DNA of 63,926 bases, the filler included, from Choristocarpus tenellus KU-1152 (lineage: Eukaryota > Protista > Phaeophyceae), in the NCBI GenBank assembly GCA_964200185.2. It is 12 parts of 12 records of this genome, joined end to end, with 100 filler letters (N's around TTAATTAATTAA, not from the genome) between each part and the next. Parts side by side here need not be neighbours in the genome. Positions count along the whole stretch, not along the records: positions 10,389 to 28,973 come from CAXNAD020000535.1; positions 29,074 to 36,026 come from CAXNAD020006984.1; positions 36,127 to 40,123 come from CAXNAD020016751.1; 9 more parts are not named here. One strand, given 5' to 3'. Each line of letters begins with the position of its first letter. Position 1 is the stretch's first letter. A model generated the notes under the pieces. It did no database searches. It saw only the letters and a list, made by a program, of their open reading frames with translations, and was not told the DNA's origin. Below, one piece after another: positions 26,038-37,584 of the stretch. A program made the position numbers and the translations under genes.

Positions 26038-28500
26038 GTAGACCTACTTAGCGCACTTCTTCCCAATATGCATACACATGTATTCACTAGACTGGAGGCA
26101 TGTTTCAAATCATTTAGCAGAGGTGGGGTTTGAAAGATTTGTTAGTACGAAAAATGATTGTTTGAAAGAAATGTTCAAGTGGTATAGTCCTGCATAATTT
26201 AATAGACAGCACCGAATATTGCCACCATAGCAATTTCACACAATGTAACACAACTGTTTGGACTGCAAATCAAACCTTTCATTATCTTCAGGGTACATGT
26301 ATTGCATCAATATGTCGTACCTACCTGTCCGTCTACTAATGACCCAGTCTTCATCCTTCCAAGGTAAGTTGAATTCATACCTTGAATCCCCCTCTTCTGA
26401 ACTCATGGATTCGCTCTCCGGGTCTTCATCGACTGAAGAAAGCATCTCCCCCTGCCAAGCTCCTCTCTGTCAAACATGGCAATTGGTGGAATCTGTGTGC
26501 GGTGATATGTGGCAAAGCTATGTATCACCTTGATTCACAATGCAGAAGTTCAATCCAAACCTTATCCTCACCCAGAACTACAATGACATTTTTATTTAAT
26601 CCTCTTAGAAAATACAAAGCATGCTGTCTTTAAGGGGTGGGGTGGGGGGGTGGTAGAGGGTCAACTGGCTCTGTAAGAAAGAGGAGGTTGATTTACAAGG
26701 AATGCCTGGGCAATTGTTAAGAGGAAAAAATGTACTCAAGGTGGTGCCCACAAGCAGGAAGAATGTGCCTCAACATACGTATGTCACTGGCGGGATAGGG
26801 TTTCAGGCGGTGATTATTGACGAAAGTCTGAATTTGCTCTTGACAAAGGACAAAAAGAGGAGTTGAATCCAAATAATATAAAAAGATAAATAGTGTTGAA
26901 AACTATCAAATTTTCCCAAATCTACAACTCAAATCAATCAAAAATCATACAGAAATACATGTATACGCACACCAAACAAAGTCACTTCGGTAGTAGGTTT
27001 TCCATAGGAGGATCTTAGTGCTTGCTGACGATTTGTGTAAGTGGAGCAAGAGCGTTACCAAATGGACAGCTTAGAGAGTTGGTATTGGTGACTTCAAGGT
27101 CCTCTTAGTTCAGGGTGTGTTCACACGTAGGAGTACGTCAAGTGTCAGTACTACATGTGTCAAGGGCACCTTCCTTGATTGTGCATCCTCCACCACTCTA
27201 CATATCACTGTAAGAAGTAGGTAGCACAACCTCAACTGAGAGATGAATGGATGATTGCTTTCACTCGACATAATTCCATCTGATAATATTGTGCTATTAA
27301 TGATTATCAAAACGCTGAATTGCTGTCTGTTTTTGTCCCACGAGCAACACTTTGTCAGAACAACAGGGCGTATCCGTAACAGGAGTTTGTTTACGGCTTG
27401 TGGAGTGCTGGTTGTTTAGACCGTGAAAGGGATTGCAAGAAGGAGCATGCATCGTCAGGGAATATTGTCGATGTTACTCTGCACCTCGCAGTCCAACAGC
27501 CCCAGCGGGCTTCCATCAAACTCCATCCGTTTCAAGAGCCTTCAGCACGTGCTCTGGAACTATTTTGCATTTGTATCGCCGGAAGAGTGGGAAATGGACG
27601 TGAGAGGTGAGGATCAATAGAAGGAAGGAACATTGGGCGGTGTCAGAAGGAAGTTAATGAGAAGAAAAAAGGAAAATTCGATTTGCAATGTCATATATTC
27701 GAGTAGTAGAAGCACATGGAAAACATTGTTTCAAGGCTGGTAATCAGGTTTGCCGCTAAATAGGGTTAGGAATACAGGGTTTGCGGGTGATACTTAGGGA
27801 GAGAGACACACTGTTAGGGAGTTGGTACACATTACTTGCTCATTGTTAGCTTTGAGGTTTGGGCTGGGCGAAAGTACAGGAAAGTATTTGGGGTCATCTC
27901 AGCAGTCCCTAGTCAATCACCGTAGGACTTGGGTTTTGATCTAGATGACGGTGTAGAGATAGGGCAGACGTTATAGTTAGGGCCAACCTTCAAGTGTGTT
28001 AGTGGTATGGTGCTGGTAGGACTATCACAAGCAACAATGAAACATATGTTGCATTGAAATATATTTTGCAACCTCTGAATACTAATGACTGAAGTTTAGG
28101 AGTTGGTTTTCGATTCTCCCTAGGGCTCACGTGCTTGGATTGAGGTCAGATTCGTGTTTCGATTGTGGCTGGTTCAGTTCAAAATTTGTGGTAGGGGCAG
28201 CGCATACTCCCTCCGTTGTCATAAGTGCAAAATAGTAATATACACTGGAGAACATTAGATCCCGTCTACGCTAGTTATCTCGACATGTCATGCGTTTTAA
28301 GCTGCAGACATCAGGGAGATGGGCAAGGAGGGCCTTTTTAGATTCTTGGGATGCTTCCCTAGCTCCTAACCCTGGGTTCAGGACTAAGCTAGGTTAGAGG
28401 CACAGGAAGGCAGAGGTGCAGGATAGGTGGTAGTAAATTGTAAATGTATAAATATTGATGTCAAACATTTTACAACAATTATTACTTTTAAAGGATTTTC

Positions 28501-28836
28501 TGACATACATGTGAATAGGTTTTCATTGGTTTTTCCTCTCACACATCTGGAAAATGTCAAAAAAATTAAATATGTATTGGTGTTTATTTTAGAAGAGGGC
28601 GTAAGAAGAGGACGATCTTTCCTAGAGTACGAGTGGAATGGTATAGGAACATAACATCACAAATTTATATAAATGATAAATTTATATTATTTATACACAT
28701 AGGTTCCATCCATACCTCCTACCTCATCTTGTAAAATGTCACACGGCAAAAAATATATATTATTTTATTATTATGCCCTCTGACATTTTGCAGATGTGTC
28801 AGGGGGGAAACCAATGAAAACTATATATATCTGTCA
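28501..28836. mobile_element. Foldback/MITE-like element family C with about 57-bp imperfect inverted arms
   Basis: 28501-28559 (tgacatacat...gttttcattggtttttcctctcacacatctggaaaatgtca) pairs with the reverse complement of 28781-28836. The interior is AT-rich and non-coding. A second copy lies at 3456. True ends and TSD were not resolved. Confidence 0.65.
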
Positions 28837-28973
28837 TTGTTAGCCCTATAGAAAAAAAATATCCTAAACATAATAACACTATAAAACATTGTGTGGAAAC
28901 CACTAATCAGTTACTTCACCTGTATCAAATATTGTACTACTGTCTTCCTTATCTTCCCATCTACCTACTCCTG

Positions 28974-29073
28974 NNNNNNNNNNNNNNNNNNNNNNNNNNN
29001 NNNNNNNNNNNNNNNNNTTAATTAATTAANNNNNNNNNNNNNNNNNNNNNNNNNNNNNNNNNNNNNNNNNNNN
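28974..29073. other. Artificial contig linker 4
   Basis: N44-TTAATTAATTAA-N44. Confidence 0.98.
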
Positions 29074-29734
29074 AAAAAAAAAAGGACCGCGACTTTTTTT
29101 TTTTTTTTTTTTTTCTCCTTCACCTAACCAAAACTAAAATTCCCGCTTCCCCCCCCCCCCCCCCCCCCCCCTCCCCCCCCGTGCACAATCAATTTGCAGA
29201 GGTGCAATGAGACGGAGTCACCACCCCTAACCCTTAGTACGTACCGTAGGTGAGAGACACTTGTTACTCCAACTTGTTCGCAAAGACACTTGTACATCGC
29301 CAATTCTTCTTCTGGGTTTGGCGCGCCCAACAAATGGAACCGACTGTCCTTATCAGTTCGCCAACCTCACAATGACAGGGACCTGCTTGTGTCTTCCCTG
29401 GAAGCGGAATGGGCTCAACGAGACCGGAGTGTTCGGGTACCTGTACTGCGAGCGCTGGGGCCAAGAGAGGGGGTCTTCAAAGCAGATGGGAAGGGGGAAC
29501 CCCTCTTCTTTGACCCTGTTGCTTTCAAGGTGTCTGCAAATCGGTATTCATTGTTTGATCGGCGCTTGCTAGTTGCAGGTTCTCTGACTAGCGGTCAGAG
29601 AGGTAAGGGCAAGGGAAAGCGGGAATCGAAAAAGAAAAATTAGGGTTAGGGCAAGAGCAAAAAACAGCTGGAAAATGTTCAATACCTGAATTCGCACATT
29701 TGTAAACACCCAACACAACACTAATGCACTAAAT

Positions 29735-29997
29735 GAATGAAATTATCTCAGAGGGTAGTAGTTTTTCCCTGTTTGTCCATTTTGGGGCTTTGGCTTCCCA
29801 TGGGTTTTTTTATGAAACTTTCCTACCCCAAAATGTTTAGGAGTAGGTAAAATGTGTACGTTATGAAAATGTGTGTCCGGAACATGGATACTGACACTCC
29901 CTAACAAAACACGACAGCCAAAATTACATAAAAATCGAAACATTGGGTTTTGGACCCCCAAATGGACGCGGCCATACCCTCTAAGATACTTTGACTC
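29735..29997. mobile_element. MITE family B, full copy, TSD AAT
   Basis: gaatgaaattatctcagagggta ... taccctctaagatactttgactc, flanked by AAT on both sides. Confidence 0.9.
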
Positions 29998-30643
29998 AAT
30001 GCAAGGCGCTTCCGATTTACATTCCCATCTTGAAGATCCACACATCTAGGGCTGGTGAACGAAGCTTTGCAGGAAGGCTTCACGTTAGCCATGGAGGGCA
30101 AAAAATGATTAGGCATCAAAATTTAATTGGAGTGGTGCTTCCACACATAGTAGTTTCAAGTGTTCAAGTGAATCCAATTCCGATGCTCTTATCGATGCCT
30201 TCTGGGGCACTCAATTAAGGAATGTGCCCTTGATAGGCTTATGTTCAGTCGCAGAATGTGCAATGCACTCTGATGCAGTACCAGGTCCGATTTTCTGCGG
30301 GGGTAGCACTAGATGTTCTATCTAAGGACATCATTTTGAAGTAGTATTATATTGTGCTTGGAGCTGAGGCATTGTATTTTGGTGTGGCAAAGGTTGAGAC
30401 TTTTGTTGAAATGAGGACTCGGCTCAGAGGTGTATTTCTTCCCAGGTGGGATGGTCACAATTTGACTCATGGTGCATGGTATCTTTGCCTGACAACCTGC
30501 AAAGTGTGTGTTGTATGTAGAATGTTGTGCTATCATAGTTCACTGTTATAACACACATTCTGTACAACTATCCCAATCTCGGCATAGTTTCTTTGAGGCT
30601 GAGACCCTTTGTTCATTTTCATATCACCACACCTGGCACAAAG

Positions 30644-33600
30644 GTACATATGAGGGACCGGCGCCGGGAAATGAACCCCTGGCAAACGGGCACGGACAGG
30701 CGATCTGCAATCAAGATCCAGTCTGTTTGGAGAGGACATCGCCAGGTGCTTGAAAGTTTCACTGCCAAGCTAACTAGAGATTCTGCATGTTGCTGCCTCA
30801 GAGAGGGATTGGGTCAATGTTGGACTGTTGTAGTTCACCTGTCATGATTGAACCTTTTATTGATTTTCCCAAGTATATATGTTCAACTCACAAGATTTCA
30901 AATAGCATCTTATTAAATTTTCCAAAGAGTCTTGATTGCCGCCAATGCTGTATGTCCTAGGTGGTGCGAGTGAGCAAAATCCGAGTTCAAAACCGCCGAA
31001 AGCTCGCCGAGAAGGCACGCCTCCATCAACACAAAGTAAGTGCGGCGGTTTCTCCCTCAATTACCAATACAGATAGATGTACATGTATATTGCCTGACAT
31101 GTTTGTACAGAAAAGATGACCAAGTCCTATGGGACTGAACCAAGCCGTTCGACTTACATCACAGTAGCTGCCTTCTATGTTGCATGCTCAGTGATGTGAA
31201 GAGATGAACTTGTGACTTGGCTTATCTGAGCCAGCAAGCTCCACCAATGAATGAACCGCAAGCTACTTGTAGTGTCATAATTGCTATATGTGTCAGTCAA
31301 TGTTATGAGGAAAATCATGAGCCAGAGGACATGCAACACTACACACTGGACATGGGTAAGCCAAAGTACTTCCTTAGACCTGCCATTTAGGCTGGTAGCG
31401 GTACTTTTTTGCAGTGAGTCAATGTAAACGAGAGGTACCCAGGGTTTAATTTTAAGGATGCTAACAATTTTTTTCCAAATTTCGGCTTTTGGTACAAATT
31501 CATGAGGGGAATTTCTTCATTCTGTGCAAAATTTTCAAACAGAAGAGAAATCAATTCTCTTCGCTAAATCTTAGTGCTTCATCCATCAACATAAGGGAAA
31601 ATTGCCAAAGATGAAACATGTGGGTTCAATGCAAAACGGCCAGAGCCTGGGAACCTCTCATTGCTTACTTACTTTGGTTCAGTACACGCACCAAACAGTA
31701 CAAAGCAGAACCACAAGTACACACCGGACTATGGTCTCTGATACTCTCTTTCTCTCTCTCTCTCTCTCGTTGTGCTGCAAGGCATTGGTGGATATTCAGA
31801 GAGTGTGGAGAGGGTGGGTGGCAAAGCAGGAGTTCAAAGACAGGCGTTACGGAATAGAGGTCACCAACATACAGAAGGTTTTTGGTTTGGCGATCCCTAC
31901 CTTGAAGCATAACTCACAGTTGATGGAATGACTGGTCCTCAAATGTACTTCAATTGCCATTTTCTGACTGACTCGCCTACCAAAACAGCACACGCTCAGT
32001 CTGAACAGATAGTAGTAGTAAAATCTTGCGTACCAAGTACCAAGTACCAAGTACCAAGTGCTGAATGCTCTAATCACAGCAAAACCAAATTAAAGAAACA
32101 GATTTGCTCACTGCCATGTACTTCAAAGTATTCACTACTACAGTTGATAACCCCCCATGCACACTGCCACATAGCAATTTGAAAACGACTGCTTGATTTA
32201 TGAGACCAATATTGAGCACAAGTTTGCTCCAAAAGGGTTCCTGTGTTTAACACGTAACACACTTTATAACAGGTCTGGAGAGGTTGCAGAGGTAGACGCA
32301 TTGCTACTGAGCGTGCTGAATACGTTGCAGCTGCCATACTAGTGCAGAGACGGCTAAGAGGGGTACAAGTGAGTACTGAATACCTCCTCTGTGCTTTGCT
32401 CAAAAGCTACAGCAGACCCTATCCCTAGCATGGCCACTATACTAGATGCTCCGTGATGTCATGCATACACCTTGGCCTGTTACTGTTTCTCTTTCACATG
32501 ATACATATATCTGTATGTATTTGTCACCATCCCTAAACTCCCTTGCCAACTGCCTGACACATCATCCCCCTTTGAGAACCTTCTGACTGAAAAAGGAAAC
32601 AAACCTTACATCATCATCATTGCTCCTTCAGGCAAGATCTCGAGTGGCGCACATTCGGCAAAAGACAAGAACCCATACTACCCCTGCCCTGAAGATACAG
32701 AGAGGATGCAGGCGATGGATAGCAAGAAGAGCACATTCTCGATGGGTAACACAACTACAGTTGGAATGCGAAAGGACAGAAAGAGCAATGGCAGTAGTTG
32801 GGTTCTGCCTGGAAAAAGCAAGACTCAGGTTGGTCACAATGCAAAACGGTGGCTGGATCAGCTGGGGGGATGCACAGTTCTTGGTGAATGAGTAGGAGTA
32901 AAGTAGTGTGGTCTTGTGCTTTGCAGGGTACATTTATGTAACCCTCACTGCAAGAAGATTTGGGGGGAAAAGACACAAATGGCGATAGAAGTACATACAC
33001 AATGGAGAGAGTCCTGATAGGGGAATGACTCAATGCTGAATACTGCAAAGGGAACATTGCTTCCAACGCTATGATGCATACTTCAAACTTCCTCCCATGT
33101 AGTGGGCCTATGGAAGGTGCCTTACTCATACACTAGCCTAGTGCAGATCATCCTCATCTGGAAATTTCATCTCTCTCATCCATCCCATCCACCAAAACAC
33201 TCTGACCCCTGCAAGGACTATTATTGATGGAGCAGCAGCAGAGACTTGCACAGGGGATGGTATCACACAGGTCATGTTCCGGTGAGGCCCTAACCAGACT
33301 TCCAATCCTCATGTGTTGCTCCAGACAAGCAATATTCTGGCCTACTATTGCATTCTACTTGCTGTGATTGAGCCAAAGTATCTTAGAGGGTAGAGCCGCG
33401 TCCATTTGGGGGTCAAATCCAAGGTCGCGATTTTGATATAATTTTGACTATCGTGTTTGTTAGGAAGTGTAAATATCCATGTTCTGGACACACCTTTTCA
33501 TATCATATACATTTTACCTACTCTGAAACATTTTGGATTAGAAAAATGTCATAAAAAATGGGAAGCCAAGTTCCAAATGGACAAACAGGGCAAAATTCGT

Positions 33601-35809
33601 ACCCTCTAAGATACTCTCACTCATTTATCCAACTCTAGCAGTATTGTGCTATTCACTTATTACTTCAAAGTAGAAGACGTAGGCCACTGAGATGGACGAC
33701 ATACTTGAAATGGTGGGGCTTGAAGAAGCAGGAACTTAGAGTACAAACAATCTGCTGTACTATAGTGTAGAACAGAATCCGAACACTGTAGTACTTGGAA
33801 ATACTTGGTGTGAGCATTTGATTCAATTCCAGAAATTGATCATTTCCCAGCAACACCATTCCTGAGAAACAACTTTAAACCGGTCCCATTCTCAACAAGC
33901 ACGCATAACTGAGGAGGGTTCTTGCTAGATCTACTCATTTTGGCGAAGAAATAACACAAGTTTTAACATCCAAAATCAGAGTCCAACTATATCACCCATC
34001 TTGTAACTATTTCACCACAAGTACCTTGGGCAAGAAGATCAGCAAACCTGGCAACAGCAACAGGGGTGAAAGATACCGCCTGGAAGGGAGGGCATTTTCA
34101 CGGATCTTCTTGCAGACTCCTGGTTTGGTTGACCCAGACTTCACCAGAGCAGACATTGACCTGATTTTCATGGAGGTAAAAACCATCTTGACACAACAGG
34201 GTGTCCTTGTATGACTTAGAGTCCATAGCAGAACAGCTGCAGCAACTTGAACATTACTGAAACAAAGGAAGTACTCCAAAACCCGAAATCTACTGTCCAG
34301 TTTGAAGTATCTGATGTCATGATATGGAGCATCTACATATTACTTGCACTATGTCCAATTGTGTTATTAATGTTGTCAGAGATTTCGTGTCAAACCACTT
34401 GTGCAACACACCTGGAGGTGTTGTTAACCGCCCTCCATCAAAGCACCCCTCCTTTCACACTCCGGTGTTCTCACTTAAGATATGATCTTCCCATTCAGGG
34501 CTAGTTTGCCTTGGAGGAACATGATGGGTTAGGGTTAGGGTTAGGGTGCACAAGAGTGGTGGAATGTGGTTTGAGGGAAGATCTTGGCAACTATGGAAAA
34601 TAGGAACTATAATATAATACATTTAATTTCAAAGGCATGATGTGATGTGATGTGATTTAGGCTATCAAGGGCTGTACTGAGCTCTCTGTGCAGAACAAGA
34701 CCTCTATTCATTGTATGCAGCAATACCAACAACATCTTGATGCTTGACACTTTATTGAGCAGGTTAAGGATAGAGAGGAGAAAATGCTGACGTATCCCCA
34801 GTTTTCTAGGGGAATCAATATCACTGCTGCCACCCTCTACCCTGAGGTAGGAACAGTAACAGTTGAAGTTTGAGAGGGGCTCTCATAACCACTGTAGTCA
34901 GGATGTGTGGTCTTCCACCAATTGCTCTGGCGCGCAATACTTACTAGACATGAAATACTTCTTCTCCATTTTGGACTGGTCTTGTTGTGTGGGTGTGTAT
35001 GAGCCTTGACAGATTATCCAGCATATTGTAATGGGAGGCTTACTTTCATCATGAACAGTATTATAAGTGTAAGCAATTTCTCGAAATGGTGTGGTTGTGG
35101 CAGTTGATACTTGAGAAGACTTCCAGTTAGGGAGATTTTTCTGCTGCACGAAAATTGACACTAGTTCAGTCAATATTCTTGTGGCAGCTACAGAGCTGTG
35201 GTTCAAACCATGGGGCAGTAGAGTGTCTCAATGACCACAAGGCTCTTCAAGGGTTCGCTTGAGCAACTCGCATCTCAACCCTCTGTTCTTTCATTTCTGA
35301 GTCAAACTATCTTAGAGGGTAGAGCCGTGTCCGCTTGGGGGCCAAAATCCAATGTTGTGGTTTTGAGATCATTTTGGCTACCGTGTTTGTTAGGAACTGT
35401 CAACAACCTTGTTCTGGACACACCTATTCATAATGTATACATTTTGCCTCCTCTGAAACATTTTGGAGTAGGTAAAACGTAATAAAAAAAACGAGGGAAG
35501 CCAAGCCCCAAATGGACAAACAGGGCAAACCTCGTACCCTCTAAGGTATTTTCACTCTTCTTTCTTATGCGAATGGATGGTGACTACCTAACAAATGACG
35601 TTATATGGTTTACTCGGAGAAACCTGAGTGATAACGCATGACATTACGTTCTACGCCCTAACCCTGGTGATACTGTAGGTAAACGTTTACAAGGAATTTA
35701 CCGGTTTTGGAGCGTTGCAATCACGTGTCCTTGAGCTAGTGGATGGAAACATACTACAAGCACCTTGGGCCGCACAGCTCCGCACCTCAAGCCAGGAGAC
35801 TGGAGACAG
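30644..35809 (+). CDS. Multi-IQ-motif (calmodulin-binding) protein with p25-alpha/TPPP-like domain (partial)
   Basis: Phase-compatible GT-AG exons 30644-30745, 30961-31035, 31782-31877, 32273-32368, 32632-32828, 33216-33281, 34022-34175, 34763-34846 and 35679-35809. IQ motifs: AIKIQSVWRGH, VDIQRVWRGW, TNIQK|VWRGC, ILVQRRLRGV, LKIQRGCRRW. These are followed by LEGRAFSRIF...GLVDPDFTRADIDLIFME|VKDREEKMLTYPQFSRGI, which resembles p25-alpha. The 3' end is cut by the contig end and the 5' end is uncertain. Confidence 0.85.
33370..33622. mobile_element. MITE family B, full copy, TSD ATT (intronic)
   Basis: gagccaaagtatcttagagggta ... taccctctaagatactctcactc, flanked by ATT on both sides. Confidence 0.92.
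34526..34547. repeat. Interstitial telomere-type repeat (TTAGGG)3+
   Basis: gggttagggttagggttagggt in an intron; similar tracts at 11458, 12899, 29640, 35858, 43914 and 49729. Confidence 0.85.
35299..35557. mobile_element. MITE family B, full copy (intronic)
   Basis: gagtcaaactatcttagagggta ... taccctctaaggtattttcactc, flanked by TTCT on both sides. Confidence 0.9.
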
Positions 35810-35972
35810 GTATGAAGCCCAAGTAATGACTTTGATTAGATATAGTGTTGTAATGTGTTAGGGTTAGGGTTAGGGCTAGTCTAGACATGGTAGCCATGCC
35901 AGGCTCTGATTCCCCACTTTATGTCATAAAAATACTCCGAAGGATCCAGCCTACTGTACCCCAGCAAAACCA

Positions 35973-36026
35973 GGCTCAAAGTATCTTGGGGGGGAGGGGG
36001 GGGGGGGGGCCCCCACCCGGGCGCCC
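35973..36026. mobile_element. MITE family A, terminal fragment at contig end
   Basis: ggctcaaagtatcttggggg running into a poly-G tract and the gap. Confidence 0.85.
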
Positions 36027-36126
36027 NNNNNNNNNNNNNNNNNNNNNNNNNNNNNNNNNNNNNNNNNNNNTTAATTAATTAANNNNNNNNNNNNNNNNNN
36101 NNNNNNNNNNNNNNNNNNNNNNNNNN
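36027..36126. other. Artificial contig linker 5
   Basis: N44-TTAATTAATTAA-N44. Confidence 0.98.
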
Positions 36127-36264
36127 GTCCATTTGGGCCAAAATCAGGAAAAGTGCATTTACATTATCCATCAGACGTATGCAACCGAATCACCCAAAAA
36201 TCGCGATATGAAAAAATTGACCCCAAATGGACAGCCACCACCCCCCTCCCAAATACTTTGAGCC
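36127..36264. mobile_element. MITE family A, partial copy at contig start
   Basis: gtccatttgggccaaaatcaggaaaagtgc...ccccaaatggacagccaccacccccctcccaaatactttgagcc, matching the full copies at 56451 and 59802. Confidence 0.92.
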
Positions 36265-36289
36265 AGGCCCCTCCTGCTCCACCCTCTTT

Positions 36290-36790
36290 GTGATTGACGG
36301 TAGCTCGTAAGTTGTGCCAATACCATGTCTTTTCGCCAGGGTCTCCTATGTACAGGCTCTGATCCACCACAAGTGTCCCAGTTTTCCTGTTCCTCCTGAT
36401 CCTGCAGTCCATGAATTTGGCCACCTCACCCAAATTCATCACTGGGAACTTCTTGTCAAGCCCCTCGATGATACCAACAGCATAGCCTGCCCCTGATTCC
36501 TCTGCATTCAGCGTGTCATCAAGGCCTCACCATCCGCAATCAACCTAAATGAGCATGGATCTGCCTCAGATTGTTTCAATCCCAGCTCCAGTAAAGCTTC
36601 AACCCAGTAGAAAATTCCAGTTCTGAGACGCCTGCACTATCCTATATACAAGGACTTCTTCACTAATCCTACTGCTCCATTAAACTTTGCCTTCCCCTCT
36701 GGTAGTTCCACATACAATGTCTCATTGAGTCAGCCTGGGTGAAGGCTTCCCACCACTATGAATCAACACGTAGTTCAACTTTGCCGCTAA
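36290..36790 (-). mobile_element. Decayed Ty1/Copia reverse transcriptase fragment
   Basis: Minus-strand remnants KKSLY..G*VQASQNWN (cf. KSLYGLKQA.R.W), QSEADPCSF and MMNLGEVAKFMDCRIRRNRKTGTLVVDQSLYI (cf. M.DLG....LG.EI.R......L.Q..YI); frameshifted. Confidence 0.85.
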
Positions 36791-37584
36791 TGTAAGCAGC
36801 ATGTTAAGAGAAGCATGAGTAGGTGTAGGTGCAAATGACTCAAAGTAATCCTCCCCTTCCTCTGCCGAAATCCCTGCACAACCCGTTGAAATATTCCACA
36901 CTGACTGGACCCCCGGCTTTGGTGCTTTGATGAAGGACGGTGAATAGCTTGATGTAGATGTGCAATGTTAATATTACAAGGGACTTGTGGTTTCAATTCC
37001 GTTGACTAAATAGGTGGATGAGACGAACCTAAAAAATCGTTACTATCCCTACAGTGTGGGGTTTGCAATCGTCCACACTAATTTACTATGGATAACTTAT
37101 TTATTTGTGTTAAGTATGGTAAGTGCATGTTGAACATAACACTCAAATCAATGGACACTATGATGAGACAGGATATATGATATATGTCCCTGACTCTCCA
37201 TCCTATTACATAATCCACCGGTGGTGTCTGTCTCCAAGACGACCTTGATAAGTTTGATTGGAGTGTAAGGTTGCAGCAAATCAACAGGATTGGTATGAGT
37301 GGTTGAGAACTGCACATTGAGGTTCATATGGGCAGAATTGACATTTGAAGGAAAATGTGATAGCTAATGTACGCCACGTCAAAACAGCAGGTAAGGCTGC
37401 CCAAACCACAAATGCCACCAGTGTCAATGTGTGCTGAATGTTGCTTTCTTACTTGCTCTCTTGCACGCTTTAATCTTTTTTTTTCTCTTCCCCTTGCGTT
37501 TTTGTCGTTGCTTCTACTACTACTACGACTACTACTACTACTACTACTACTAAAATTCTGCTAGACCCTTCCCAAAGTTCTCAC

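Noticed and set aside
29246-29643. 117-aa plus ORF and overlapping minus ORFs as a gene
   Set aside because: A minus-strand exon (DSRFHLLGAPNPEEELAMYK...SHLR then GTACGT) is possible, but no strand or frame could be settled and no domain was recognised.
35973-36264. Family A fragments either side of linker 5 as one element
   Set aside because: Both carry the same gagcc/ggctc-type terminus, the flanks show no duplication, and the IQ gene does not continue on the next contig.
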